Of a DNA stretch of 64,000 bases, positions 12,014 to 24,520 are shown one piece after another. The notes under the pieces were generated by a model. It was given only the letters and a program-made list of their open reading frames with translations, did no database searches and was not told where the DNA came from. The translations under genes were made by a program, and so were the position numbers. Source of the stretch: Macrostomum hystrix (Eukaryota; Animalia; Platyhelminthes). The DNA lies in contig CATNEN010000029.1 of assembly GCA_950097015.1 (NCBI GenBank), forward strand, positions 3,100,001 to 3,164,000, given 5' to 3'. Positions within the stretch are counted from its first letter, which is position 1. Every line of letters starts with the position of its first letter.

Positions 12014-12388
12014 TTGCAGCTGCATTTCTTGCTGCGATTCTTGCTGTAGCTCTTGCTGCGATTCTTGCTGTAGCTCTTGCTGCGATTCTAGCTGCAGCTC
12101 TTGCTGCGATTCTAGCTGCAGCTCTTGCTGCGATTCTAGCTGCAGTTCTTGCTGCGATTCTAGCTGCAGTTCTTGCTGCGATTCTAGCTGCAGCTCTTGC
12201 TGCGATTCTATATAGCTGCAGCTCTTGCTGCGATTCTAGCTGCAGCTCTTGCTGCGATTCTAGCTGCAGCTCTTGCTGCGATTCTAGCTGTAGCTCTTGC
12301 TGCGATTCTAGCTGCAGCTCTTGCTGCGATTCTAGCTGCAGCTCTTGCTGCGATTCTAGCTGCAGTTCTTGCTGCGATTCTAGCTGCA
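12014..12388. repeat. Second array of the same 24-bp minisatellite
   Basis: Same unit and same array head (GCAGCTGCATTTCTTGCTGCGATTCTTGCTGTAGC) as at 10851. Confidence 0.95.
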
Positions 12389-12429
12389 GTGACGGATATC
12401 ACTCTGACCGTCACTCTCAGTCGGATGAT

Positions 12430-12748
12430 GATGACGGATGATGCAGTGGGTTGCAGTGAGTGATGTTGCAATGATGCAGTGTGGTTGCAGTGAGTGGTGT
12501 TGCAATGATGCAGTGTGGTTGCAGTGACGGATGATGCAGTGGGTTGCAGTGAGTGATGTTGCAATGATGCAGTGTGGTTGCAGTGAGTGGTGTTGCAATG
12601 ATGCAGTGTGGTTGCAGTGACGGATGATGCAGTAGGTTGCAGTGAGTGATGTTGCAATGATGCAGTGGGTTGCAGTTAGTGATGTTGCAATGATGCAGTG
12701 GGTTGCAGTGAGTGATGTTGCAATGATGCAGTGGGTTGCAGTGAGTGA
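12430..12748. repeat. ~33-bp minisatellite (GATGCAGTGGGTTGCAGTGAGTGATGTTGCAAT) with variants
   Basis: Tandem units with longer composite variants. Confidence 0.9.
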
Positions 12749-13419
12749 TGTTGCAAACATACAATAGGTCTGCAGTTTTCATTGTAATGTAATTATTCTC
12801 AGCCATGGCAGCCTATAGGCTGATTCGCAAGTTAGTCTCCTCTGATTGGCTGTTGGCGCACATTTCTCTTGAAGGGATATTTATTCCTTCAAGATTGAGT
12901 TGTGTGAAATTTCTTCCTCATTGGCTTGAAGTTTACCTGGTTCTGAAAGATTTCTCTCGCGCAAGTCAACGAAGTGTTTTATAGAACAATTCACAAGGTA
13001 AGACTGACTTCCTGCTTGTTGTTGAACGATTCGCAGCATTTGCTTTGCTTTCTGGATTGCTGTGCGGTGCTTAGAGTGCCAGCAAGCTTTTCAAAACATT
13101 GAAGTACTTCTCTTTGCCTCTCTCATTGTAAGGAGGAGTTTGGCGAGAACCAAAGACTCTATGCAGTTCTTGCTACATGGCTTGGTTCAGTAAGGAATAT
13201 TTTACTCTGACGGTGAAAATACTCTCAAAAGGAAATCTCATGCCGTGACTGAGGAGTTTGACCTTGCAACTGAGACAGATAGACGATTGCGTTTTTTATG
13301 CAGCTGTACTAATGTTGCCTTGGAAACAAGAAACAGTAAATTTACTTCATTGTTGCAAAAACGGAAATTCTCACAGTCGCTCTTACTCGCTCGGTCGCTC
13401 GGTTTAAAACGCAACTATC

Positions 13420-14735
13420 TCTGTCACTCACACCGTCACTCTCAGTGACTACCCACAGCCACTCTCAGTGATTACCCACCACCACTCTCAGTCACTCCCC
13501 ACAGCCACTCTCAGTGCCACTCTCAATCACTCTCACCGCCACTCTCAGTCACTCCCCACCGCCACTCTCAGTGACTCCCCACCGCCACTCTCAGTCACTC
13601 CCCACCGCCACTCTCAGTGACTCCCCACCGCCACTCTCAGTGACTCCCCACCGCCACTCTCAGTCACTCCCCACCGCCACTCTCAGTCACTCCACCGCCA
13701 CTCTCAGTCACTTCCCACCGCCACTCTCAGTCACTCCCCACCGCCACTCTCAGTGACTCCCCACCGCCACTCTCAGTCACTCCCCACCGCCACTCTCAGT
13801 CACTCCACCGCCACTCTCAGTCACTTCCCACCGCCACTCTCACTGCCACTCTCAGTCACTCCACCGCCACTCTCAGTCACTCCCCACCGCCACTCTCACC
13901 GCCACTCTCAGTCACTCCCCACCGCCACTCTCAGTCACTCCCCACCGCCACTCTCAGTCACTCCACCGCCACTCTCAGTCACTTCCCACCGCCACTCTCA
14001 CTGCCACTCTCAGTCACTCCACCGCCACTCTCAGTCACTCCCCACCGCCACTCTCACTGCCACTCTCAATCACTCTCACCGCCACTCTCAGTCACTCCCC
14101 ACCGCCACTCTCAGTGACTCCCCACCGCCACTCTCACTGCCACTCTCAGTCACTCCACCGCCACTCTCAGTCACTCCCCACCGCCACTCTCACTGCCACT
14201 CTCAATCACTCTCACCGCCACTCTCAGTCACTCCCCACCGCCACTCTCAGTGACTCCCCACCGCCACTCTCACTGCCACTCTCAGTCACTCCACCGCCAC
14301 TCTCAGTCACTCCCCACCGCCACTCTCACTGCCACTCTCAATCACTCTCACCGCCACTCTCAGTCACTCCCCACCGCCACTCTCAGTGACTCCCCACCGC
14401 CACTCTCACTGCCACTCTCAGTCACTCCACCGCCACTCTCAGTCACTCCCCACCGCCACTCTCACTGCCACTCTCAATCACTCTCACCGCCACTCTCAGT
14501 CACTCCCCACCGCCACTCTCAGTGACTCCCCACCGCCACTCTCACTGCCACTCTCAGTCACTCCCCACCGCCACTCTCACTGCCACTCTCAATCACTCTC
14601 ACCGCCACTCTCAGTCACTCCCCACCGCCACTCTCAGTGACTACCCACAGCCACTCTCAGTGATTACCCACAGCCACTCTCAGTGACTACCCACAGCCAC
14701 TCTCAGTGACTCCATCGCCACTCTCAGTCACTCCC
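13420..14735. repeat. C-rich 14-22-bp minisatellite with a 136-bp higher-order period
   Basis: CCCCACCGCCACTCTCAGTCACT units. Identical ORFs recur at 14114, 14250 and 14386. Confidence 0.9.
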
Positions 14736-15479
14736 TTCGCTTCTCGTTCAATGCCAACCAGTCACACCCCAGCTGATTGAAACCAACGATATACTCAATC
14801 TAAAAGAATGTAATTTTCTCACCCACACCAGCTCAATGCCTTCTCAGCCCTACAAACGCTGTCATGTGACCTTGAAAGCTCGGGTCGGTCATGCTTCAAC
14901 AATTTCCTATAATCGAATCAGGGACTGCTGGCAAACCAATGTATCTAGGAGATTGTCCGATTGCCGTAAACTTTGTACTAGTAGGTTATCAGTATCTGTC
15001 AACTGGGTGAATTTCGTTGCCCTTGAATGATTTCATGCTGGACAGTTACACATGAAAGAGCCGTTTAATTTCGCTTGTCTGGTCAGGATCGTTTGTTCTT
15101 TGTCTAAGTTACTCACGCCAAGTTAGTAAGACGACCTTCAAACAAAAAACCTCTGATATATCACCGAAAGGGCAAGGCTAGCAATCCATCGTGGTGGTCG
15201 GACTTGAGTGACAATCAATTCTATCGATAAAATTGAATCAATTGCTAGAGGAATAGACTAGCAATCCATTCCATTACATTCAGCTCAATCCGGAACAGCG
15301 ATCTACTATACTCGGGCCAGCCCTTTTCACACCCACTCAAAGTCTCCCTGTCAGTTTTGTCCAGCACTCGAATTCGATCGAGTCAGGCTCTGCCGCTGGA
15401 AGCTGCTCAGAACTGCTTGCTCAAAGCTCCGAATAATAATTCGCAGTCACGGAAATAATCAGCATCGAGAAAGTTTTGA

Positions 15480-15610
15480 ACTATGCTCAACTATGCTTAA
15501 CTGTGCTCAACAGTGCCTAGCTATGTTCAATATGCTCAATATGCTCAACTATGTCCAACTATGCTCAATATACTCAACTATGCTCAACTATGCTCAACTA
15601 TGCTCAACAA
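15480..15610. repeat. 10-bp repeat (TATGCTCAAC)n
   Basis: About 12 imperfect copies. Confidence 0.85.
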
Positions 15611-15864
15611 TAAGCAAGTTCTGTACACTGACGCAATGAAATAAGATGAATATGTTCTGCGCCTTTTTAGCAACTTTGTGGCATCAAAGATGGGCCTTTG
15701 TGGACTAGGGTCATAGAGAAATATTTCATTTCCGGAGCTGCAGGCCAGCCTCATTGCTCTCCGGCTTGATATTTTCCAAACTGGCAACTCATATTTTCTG
15801 CAGAATTAGTGAAATTGTGTAGGCCACAACGCATCTAATAGTACAGGACACCTGTGCATTCATT

Positions 15865-16645
15865 TACCCTCTGACCCTCTCTGACACACTCTGACCCTCT
15901 CTTACCCTCCTCTCTGACCCTCTCTGACCCTCTCTGACACACTCTGACCCTCTCTGACACACTCTGACCCTCTCAGACAATCTCAAACCCTCTCTGACCC
16001 TCTCTGACACACTCTGACCCTCTCTGACACACTCTGACCCTCTCTGACCCTCTCTGACATACTCTGGCCCTCTCTGACCCTCTCTGATACACTATAACAC
16101 ACTCTGGCCCTCTCTGACCCTCTCTGAAACACTCTGACCCTCTATGACACATTCTGACTCTCTCAGACAATCCCAAACCCTCTCTGACCCTCTCTGACAC
16201 ACTCTAACACACTCTGACACACTCTGACCCTCTCTGACCCTCTCTGACACTATCTGACCCTCTCTGACCCACTCTGACCCTCTCTGACACTATCGGACCC
16301 TCTCTGACTCTCCCTGACCCTCTCTGACACTATCTGACCATCTCTGACACTATCTGACCCTCTCTGACACTATCGGACCCTCTCTGACTCTCCCTGACCC
16401 TCTCTGACACTATCTGACCATCTCTGACACTATCGGACCCTCTCTGGCTCTCCCTGACCCTCTCTGACACTATCTGACCATCTCTGACACTATCTGACCC
16501 TCTCTGACACTATCGGACCCTCTCTGACTCTCCCTGACCCTCTCTGACACTATCTGACCATCTCTGACACTATCTGACCCTCTCTGACTCTCCCTGACCC
16601 TCTCTGACACTATCTGACCCTCTCTGACACTATCTGACCCTCTCT
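15865..16645. repeat. CTCTGACCCT/CTCTGACAC(T) ~11-bp pyrimidine-rich satellite
   Basis: Continuous imperfect array. Confidence 0.9.
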
Positions 16646-17282
16646 CTTCTACCTCTCCAAACTCTCTCACAGCATAGTTTCGCATAATTCGTACAGTCAG
16701 TTTCTTTCTAAAAAATATCTACATCCTAGCTTCAGTCTGGAGAGCGATTTTAAACAATCCTTGGAATCTACCGCTCTAACTCGAGTGCCGATTCGCTTTT
16801 TTGAAGAGAAAGTTGCCAGTTCAACAAACGGCAAAGACGAGAGAATAAACAAAATTAGTAGCCCAGCCTGTACACGGTCCGTTCCACCAGTTCCTTGCGC
16901 CAAATGTCAAACCCTGTCAGTTAATTTTCCCGATGTTGCCAATCCGGCGCCCGTCTGAAAAATGCTGCAGTTTTTTTGGATTTCTTGAAGAAAAAAATCA
17001 CTTGAGAAAAATCTGCTATCTTTGCCGTAACTTTCCTTTATACTTGTAGTTATATTTAGAATTTTAGTTTCTTTCTAAGTTTCCTCGGCTCGCGTAGTCG
17101 CAGCGGAAAATGTTTAGCTTCGTAGCTTTCTTAGATTCTGGAACTAAAGCATATTGTAATAACGTACAGGTAGAAATAAGCCGCAAATTCCAATAGGTAG
17201 GCGTTCCGAACACACTGACGTGGACCCGCCTTGACTATTTGAATGCACTAGCATCTAAAAAAGTGCAAAGAGATGGCGCAAC

Positions 17283-19190
17283 CTAGGATTTGGGGAGGAC
17301 GCCATCAAGGATTTGGAGAGGACACCATCAAGGATTTGGGGAGGACACACGCCATCAAGGATTTGGGGAGGACACACGCCATCAAGGATTTGGGGAGGAC
17401 ACACGCCATCAAGGATTTGGGGAGGACACACGCCATCAAGGATTTGGGGAGGAGACACACCATCAAGGATTTGGGGAGGACGCCATCAAGGACTTGGGGA
17501 GGACACACACCATCAAGGATTTGGGGAGGACACACACCATCAAGGATTTGGGGAGGACACACGCCATCAAGGATTTGGGGAGGACACACGCCATCAAGGA
17601 TTTGGGGAGGAGACACACCATCAAGGATTTGGGGAGGAGACACACCATCAAGGATTTGGGGAGGACGCCATCAAGGACTTGGGGAGGACACACACCATCA
17701 AGGATTTGGGGAGGACACCATCAAGGATTTGGGGAGGACACCATCAAGGATTTGGGGAGGACACACACCATCAAGGATTTGGGGAGGACACACACCATCA
17801 AGGATTTGGGGAGGACACACACCATCAAGGATTTGGGGAGGACACACACCATCAAGGATTTGGGGAGGACACCATCAAGGATTTGGGGAGGACACACACC
17901 ATCAAGGATTTGCGGAGGACACCATCAAGGATTTGGGGAGGAGACACACCATCAAGGATTTGGGGAGGAGACACACCATCAAGGATTTGCGGAGGACACC
18001 ATCAAGGATTTGGGGAGGACACCATCAAGGATTTGGGGAGGACACCATCAAGGATTTGGGGAGGACACCATCAAGGATTTGGGGAGGACACCATCAAGGA
18101 TTTGGGGAGGACGCCATCAAGGATTTGGGAGGACAACATCAAGGATTTGGGGAGGACACCATCAAGGATTTGGGGAAGACGCCATCAAGGATTTGGGGAG
18201 GACACCATCAAGGATTTGCGGAGGACACCATCAAGGATTTGGGGAGGACGCCATCAAGGATTTGGGGAGGAAACCATCAAGGATTTGCGGAGGACGCCAT
18301 CAAGGATTTGGGGAGGACACACACCATCAAGGATTTGGGGAGGAGACACGCCATCAAGGATTTGGGGAGGACACACACCATCAAGGATTTGGGGAGGACG
18401 CCATCAAGGATTTGGGGAGGACGCCATCAAGGATTTGGGGAGGACACCATCAAGGATTTGCGGAGGACGCCATTAAGGATTTGGGGAGGACACCATCAAG
18501 GATTTGGGGAGGACACCATCAAGGATTTGGGGAGGACACCATCAAGGATTTGGGGAGGACACCATCAAGGATTTGGGGAGGACACACACCATCATGGATT
18601 TGGGGAGGACACCATCAAGGATCTGGGGAGGACACCATCAAGGATTTGGGGAGGACGCCATCAAGGATTTGGGGAGGACACACACCATCAAGGATTTGGG
18701 GAGGAGACACACCATCAAGGATTTGGGGAGGACGCCATCAAGGATTTGGGAGGACACACATCATCAAGGATTTGGGGAGGACACACACCATCAAGGATTT
18801 GGGGAGGACACACACCATCAAGGATTTGGGGAGGACGCCATCAAGGATTTGGGGAGGACACACACCATCAAGGATTTGGGGAGGACGCCATCAAGGATTT
18901 GGGGAGGACACCATCAAGGATTTGGGGAGGACGCCATCAAGGATTTGGGGAGGACGCCATGAAGGATTTGGGGAGGACACCATCAAGGATTTGGGGAAGA
19001 CGCCATCAAGGATTTGGGGAAGACGCCATCAAGGATTTGGGGAGGACACCATCAAGGATTGGGGGAGGACACCATCAAGGATTTGGGGAGGACACCATCA
19101 AGGATTTGGGGAGGACACCATCAAGGATTTGGGGAGGACACCATCAAGGATTTGGGGAGGACACCATCAAGGATTTGGGGAGGACACCAT
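17283..19190. repeat. 23/27-bp minisatellite (ACCATCAAGGATTTGGGGAGGAC[ACAC])
   Basis: About 1.9 kb and very homogeneous; source of the 635-639 aa spurious ORFs. Confidence 0.95.
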
Positions 19191-19641
19191 AATGTAGGCA
19201 CTACTATCACATTTATGCATTGTTGCCCATTGTACAGAAAGTGCATGACGTTCTGCTGGACGCTGTTGGTGGCATTTTATAATTAATTTTCGACCAGTTC
19301 TTTCGATACGCAGTTGAAGCTTACTAACAGTCGGACAGAGCGGAGAGATGGGAATAAGTGGATATTCTAGAAATTCGAGACGGCTTTAGCGGTAGAAGCT
19401 TAGGCAGCTTCAGTCAGAGTATCTGATCCCGGCTGCTGTTGCTCTGATGGATTGGGCCCGGGAAAATTGCGGCAAGGCATCTACTGGGCCGCCTATAAGG
19501 AGAGCACTTTTATCGAATGACTGTAGCAGTGTGAATGTGCAAATAGTCATTTAATCAATTGGTCAGATGGCATATTAATTAGTGGTTGATCAGTTACGAA
19601 TAAATTCAATACAATAGTCAAAAAGTATGTTATTGCATTCC

Positions 19642-19915
19642 TGACTTCCTGAGGGTCGGGGGTTCGAGTCCCAACTCCTCGGGAACAATTTGTGTCCTTT
19701 TGCAAGACACTTAGCTCTGCATTGCTTCAGTTCACTCAGCTGTTAAATAGGTACCAGCTGGGGTAATTGAGGGTGGGTGTGGTGTCCCCCCCAGTCCATG
19801 GACTGAACAGCTGTACGAAGCCTTCAGATGCGCCGCGCAATAGCTGCGGCTGTGCTGTCTGTTGCACATCTGCCCCAAATGGGGCAGGTTTAGTAAAAGA
19901 CATATTGATTATTAT
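19642..19915 (+). mobile_element. tRNA-derived CORE-type SINE, 5'-truncated copy
   Basis: B-box GGTTCGAGTCC at 19661-19671, then a CORE-like domain GTGTCCTTTTGCAAGACACTTAGCTCTGCATTGCTTCAGTTCACTCAGCTGTTAAATAGG, a structured tail and an AT-rich end. Colinear with the reverse complement of 61441-61750. Confidence 0.8.
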
Positions 19916-20080
19916 ACAGTTTTCATTTTATACGACGCGCTGGTACCCAAAGCCCGCTATAATGAATTATTAGTCAGTCAATTCATCAATCTTTGAAAAA
20001 TTCGATGATTAAAAGCAATTATTGATACGTAAATCAATAAATCAATCAATCAATCAATCAAACAGAATCGGCCGTCGATA

Positions 20081-21412
20081 ATGTCAGTGAACTGCACCCA
20101 GAGCGCCATCAGTGTTGAGTACGATCGGGTGAGCACGCCTCTGCTTAGCGGCATCTCAGCGGTCTCGCTATTGCTCAACGCCTGCAACATTGTGGTCTTC
20201 AGCAAGCGCAAAATGGTCTCTCCAACAAACTCGATCCTGCTGGCCATCGCTGTTAGCGATCTGTGCAAGGTGTCCATGTTCCTGCTCATCACGGCCGCCC
20301 CGCCGCCTGTGACGTCATACGGCCGGCAGGTGCTGTACCTGTTCTGCAATGTGGCCATGTTTCTAATGCACGCATTCGCCCTGTGGTGCGGCGTCCTACT
20401 GGCCCTGTTCCGCTTCTTCTACTTGTGCTATTACGCCTCGCCGTTAACCAAGGTCTGGTTCAGCTTGGCCAGGTCTCGGCTGGCAGTGTGTCTGGCCTTC
20501 CTGGCCAACATTGTGGCGGTAGTTCCCTACGCTAGCGTACTGCGCGTCATCGAGCGTAGAGGCGCCGACGAGGCCGCCACCGCTGCCGCCGGAAGCAACG
20601 CCAGCCGGCTAGGGATGGAGTTTCAAGAGCATTCTATTGAACAGGCGGCAGTTCATTACGAGCCGGCCATGCTAGACGAGTACGAGTTCAAGGTACGCAT
20701 GCTCAGCAGCATCACTCAGAAGCTGCTGCCCTGCCTCATCATGATGGCCTTCTGCCTGTGCATCGTTCGCAGCCTGCACCAGACTGAGAAGCGGCGCGAG
20801 TCGCTGGCCAATCAGAGCCGCGGCTCAGGCTCAAACTCGGCTGCGCGAGCTCAGAAGGCGAACGCCGCTAGCAGCGTTTGCGGCGACGGCGGCGGCGGCG
20901 GCAGCAGCAGCAGTCGTGGAAGGGAGCGACGCTCTCGAGATCATCGTCGAACTACTAGCTTCCTGTTGATCATCATGCTGCTGTACAGCCTGTACGAGAT
21001 ACCCATGGGCCTGCTGCTGATTCTGTCAGATCCCGCCTTCCAGCTGAGCCCTGTGATCTGCTTCTACAAGGCCTACCACGGCATTCTGAACACCCTCGGT
21101 CTAGTCAACAACACCGTGAACTTTGTGCTGTACTGCTTCATGAGCAAGCAGTTTCGCGACACCTTCAAGGAGGTCTTCGGCCTCGACCGGCTGGCCGAGA
21201 AGGTGCGCAAAACGACTAGACGCTCTCCGGCCACTGCGACAACTACGGCAACCACTTCGGCGATTACAGGGGCTGCCGCGGTGGCGGGTGTCGAAACTGA
21301 GGAGGCCATTAGTCTTGAAAGTCGCGGAAATCGAGGCCAGGAGAATGACGACGACTATGCGGATGAGGAGCTGCGAGAGGACAAGGAGTTTCAACCGACT
21401 AGACGGAGCTGA
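20081..21412 (+). CDS. Intronless class A peptide GPCR of the myosuppressin/sex-peptide/Srw (dmsr-like) group, 443 aa
   Basis: Seven hydrophobic segments; SPTNSILLAIAVSD, LALFRF in place of DRY, YEIPMG in TM6 and NNTVNFVLYCFMSKQFR in TM7/helix 8. N-terminal NCT sequon; GC3-rich codons. Confidence 0.9.
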   Translation: MSVNCTQSAISVEYDRVSTPLLSGISAVSLLLNACNIVVFSKRKMVSPTNSILLAIAVSDLCKVSMFLLITAAPPPVTSYGRQVLYLFCNVAMFLMHAFALWCGVLLALFRFFYLCYYASPLTKVWFSLARSRLAVCLAFLANIVAVVPYASVLRVIERRGADEAATAAAGSNASRLGMEFQEHSIEQAAVHYEPAMLDEYEFKVRMLSSITQKLLPCLIMMAFCLCIVRSLHQTEKRRESLANQSRGSGSNSAARAQKANAASSVCGDGGGGGSSSSRGRERRSRDHRRTTSFLLIIMLLYSLYEIPMGLLLILSDPAFQLSPVICFYKAYHGILNTLGLVNNTVNFVLYCFMSKQFRDTFKEVFGLDRLAEKVRKTTRRSPATATTTATTSAITGAAAVAGVETEEAISLESRGNRGQENDDDYADEELREDKEFQPTRRS

Positions 21413-22233
21413 AACGACACTGGCACGCAGTTTATTCAATGATTTCGAATTCATTAGAAACTTATCCAACAATGCTTAGCATGAGTACATCTGTAAACAC
21501 TGTGTTAATTTCAGTTTGCAGTCTAGAATATTGACGTTTTGAAATCAAATCGATGACTTAGGCTTGGGTTTGTTCACGTCTGCACATTCTGCTTTTTGAG
21601 TCCGTACACAACAACAACAACAGCAACAGCAGCAGCAGAAGTATTTTTAAGGATCAGATGCTTGATAGAATAGCCAACTTAAGTTGCTGCAGCTGATCGA
21701 TTGTCAATGGAGTAGCCCCCGCTTCAGTGTTAAAGCACTAAATATTGCTGAAATCAGAAAATCAGTTTTTCTTCGCGTCTGCTTTCAATTTATCTTTAAA
21801 AAAATGATTTTTATCGCTTTAGTTACTAGTCTGTTTCTGATAACAGATGGCGGACACTTACATAGTAATTCTGTGTTCTCAGCGCCATTAAATATACATT
21901 CATACCCTATGCACTAATGTAGTTGCATTAATTTGGGATCAGACATTCACTATTGGGAGAAATTTTCGCTGATCCTTCAATTTAGTTGCTTAGTCAAGTT
22001 GATTGCTGCGTGGCCCTCTCGCTGCAATCAGCAAGTGATAACTGCGCTGCGCATTCCCATTTTGGGAAACAAATCCCAGGTCTATAAATCGGGTGCGCTC
22101 TAGCAGGGCTAAACGATGGACTAAAAAATAAGGGACGAGTCGCGTCACGTGACAGTCTTGCAATTTTGAGCTGCTCAAATATGGTGGAGCCACACACAAT
22201 GTATAGTTGCGCAAATGTCGTTCGGGAGGCGTC

Positions 22234-22262
22234 ATCGTCCATCGGCCAGGCTCTCGTGAAGT
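22234..22262 (+). repeat. 29-bp exact direct repeat, copy 1 (copy 2 at 23682-23710)
   Basis: ATCGTCCATCGGCCAGGCTCTCGTGAAGT occurs at both positions. Confidence 0.95.
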
Positions 22263-22433
22263 TTCACGAGTGGCTTCAGCGAAGCTTCAGCGTTGACAGT
22301 GATTGTCAACGAGTAATTTTGGTTGCTTGAGACCATAGACAAGTTTTTTCTTGGCCAGATCTAAGCTTGTAAGAGGCTGTGTGTACTATTTAGACGACAG
22401 CAGACAGACAGACACCATTGAGATTATTTTTTC

Positions 22434-23892
22434 TTGTCAAGTGAAAAACTGAAAATGATAAATTGGAAGCATCTACCGGTAGAATCCTTGGATAGAGTAT
22501 CGTCCAAGGAGTTGCAGTTTCTGTCGAATGTGAGCTTTCTAGATCACAGCCAAGACCAAGAACTGAAGGACTTCATTGACTTCATTACTAATCATAGCAG
22601 GAACGACGACAATGTGCTAGATGTGCAGTTGCGGGATGAAGACGTCGTAGCCACTAGCGGTGCTAGTAGCGTAGCCAGTGATGGACTTTCGTCTGAGTTG
22701 GATGACGCCGAGCTGCGATCGCTGCCAAAAACAACCAGGGATCAAATGGTTCAGCACGGCAGCAAGTCTGTGAATTACACGGATTCACTTGGTGTACAAA
22801 AACAAACATTGGCTACAATCGGAGCTGAACAATTAAACGAGTATTTGCGACTCTATTACTTTCGTCTGAAGAAACCTGACGGCGAGCTATATTCAGCCGC
22901 GAGTTTGGCTTGCATTAGAGCTGGCATACAACGTTACTTTCGTCATGTCATCAAGCGAGAAATAAACCTGGTTGGCGGTTCCGAGTTTTCAGCATCAAAT
23001 CGAATGCTACGGGTCAAGGTTCGAGAGTTTCAATCTGCAGGAGGCGCCGTCAAGCACTATGAACCTATTGAGCTAGGCGATTTAGCCAGGCTGCAAGAAT
23101 ACTTTAATCGTACCACTGGAGAGAGCCTGCAAGACGAAACCTTATTCATGCTACTCTACGTCTTAGGCGAGCGCGGCCAAGAACACCTAAAAAGTCTACG
23201 AAGGAGAGATCTTCTCGTGGACAAAGTAGATTCCGATGGGCATCCCTATCTGGAGCTACCGACTCTGCCAACAAAAAACCAGAGCGCCGATCCAAATAAA
23301 GCTAAATCATTCGTCGAAAAGCAAGCGAGAATCTACGGTAAGCAGAGAGAGCTGATTCTGTTGTACTCTGCGTCACTGCCCGCCGAAACAAAGGATGACA
23401 CTTTTTCCGAGACCAATGCCAAACAAGGATGGTGTAGTTCGCTTCTCAACAAAGCAGGTGCGTGGCATCAATTGGCTCGACTCAATTATGCAAAGACTGA
23501 GCAAAGTGTATCTTCTGTCGAGGACCTATACTAATCATTGTACGAGCGTATTCGAGTGACCCGAACCGCTGACCTGAAGGACTCTGGTTTTGTACTTAGT
23601 GACATAATGTGCATTACTGGGCAGCAAAACGAAGCAACTGTACGACGCAACCTATCACGGAAACGTGACAATGTCGTACGTATCGTCCATCGGCCAGGCT
23701 CTCGTGAAGTCTTCAAGCAGAGCTGATCCGTCGTCAACTTCAGCATCGGCAATTGAGCCTCCCAACGGCGAATCACTTGAACCTGCGGTTGCTACGCCGG
23801 CAGCAATCCAATTGATATCCAATCGATCAATCGGCGTCACGAGTTGCGTGGGATGGTTCACCGGCATCGAAAATTCAAACTTACTGTTTTGA
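22434..23892 (+). pseudogene. Decayed Crypton-type (DUF3504/ZMYM-KCTD1-like) tyrosine recombinase
   Basis: LKKPDGELYSAASLACIRAGIQRY, KHYEPIELGDL and LGERGQE in the main ORF (first ATG 22455). A frameshift at ~23400 continues LFPRP...LSRTYTNHC; an 8-nt insertion precedes IRVT..TGQQNEATVRRN; a further shift leads into a tail ending FTGIENSNLLF. Confidence 0.8.
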
Positions 23893-24219
23893 ACAAAAAG
23901 AACTCTAAACTGTTGTCGCGATTAATAAATAAATAAATAAATAATTAATTACCGTTGCTTTGTTAAATAAATTTACGCCCACAACTGCCAATGACCGAGT
24001 CAGCAGCGTTAAGCAACCCGCTGTTGCCTTATTTGAAGCAATGCAAATATCTATAAGACAATGCACTGTCTGTATAGCGTCCCAGAATCTATAAGTAATG
24101 AGAATATAAGGGGCAGCGGAATTTACTGGGTTTCGTTGGAAATAGCTAGGACCAAATCAGGACATTCCAACTTGAGGATTTAGACAAAATCCCACAAATT
24201 ACTGCGTTGGGGATCTTGG

Positions 24220-24520
24220 TTAAATATTTAGTGCAATGGAGAGTTTTAGTAAATTAGGGATTTCAGCGTGTTTAGGAGTTATTGTGAATTTCTGAATTTA
24301 TTGAGTTTGGGATTTTTTTATTTGGGATTTTCGTGAATTTTGTATTTAAGTGAATTTGGGAATTTCGCGAATTAAGGATTTTATTGAAATAGGGATTTTA
24401 GTGAATTAGAGGTTTTATTTACTGTGGTATGTTAGTAATTTGTGGATCTTATTGAATCGGATGAAATAGGGATTACAGTGAAATCGAGGATTTTAGTGAC
24501 TTTAGTGACTTAAAGTATTT
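24220..24520. repeat. Degenerate AT-rich repeat (GGGATTTT..GTGAATT motifs)
   Basis: Recurrent motifs without a clean period. Confidence 0.55.

Noticed and set aside
10737-12463. Metallothionein- or keratin-associated-like SSCCD ORFs (also 27502-28147)
   Set aside because: 24-bp satellite translation with no credible start, splice context or codon-level variation pattern.
17273-19197. 635-639 aa ORFs
   Set aside because: Several frames are open only because the 23/27-bp unit lacks stop codons.
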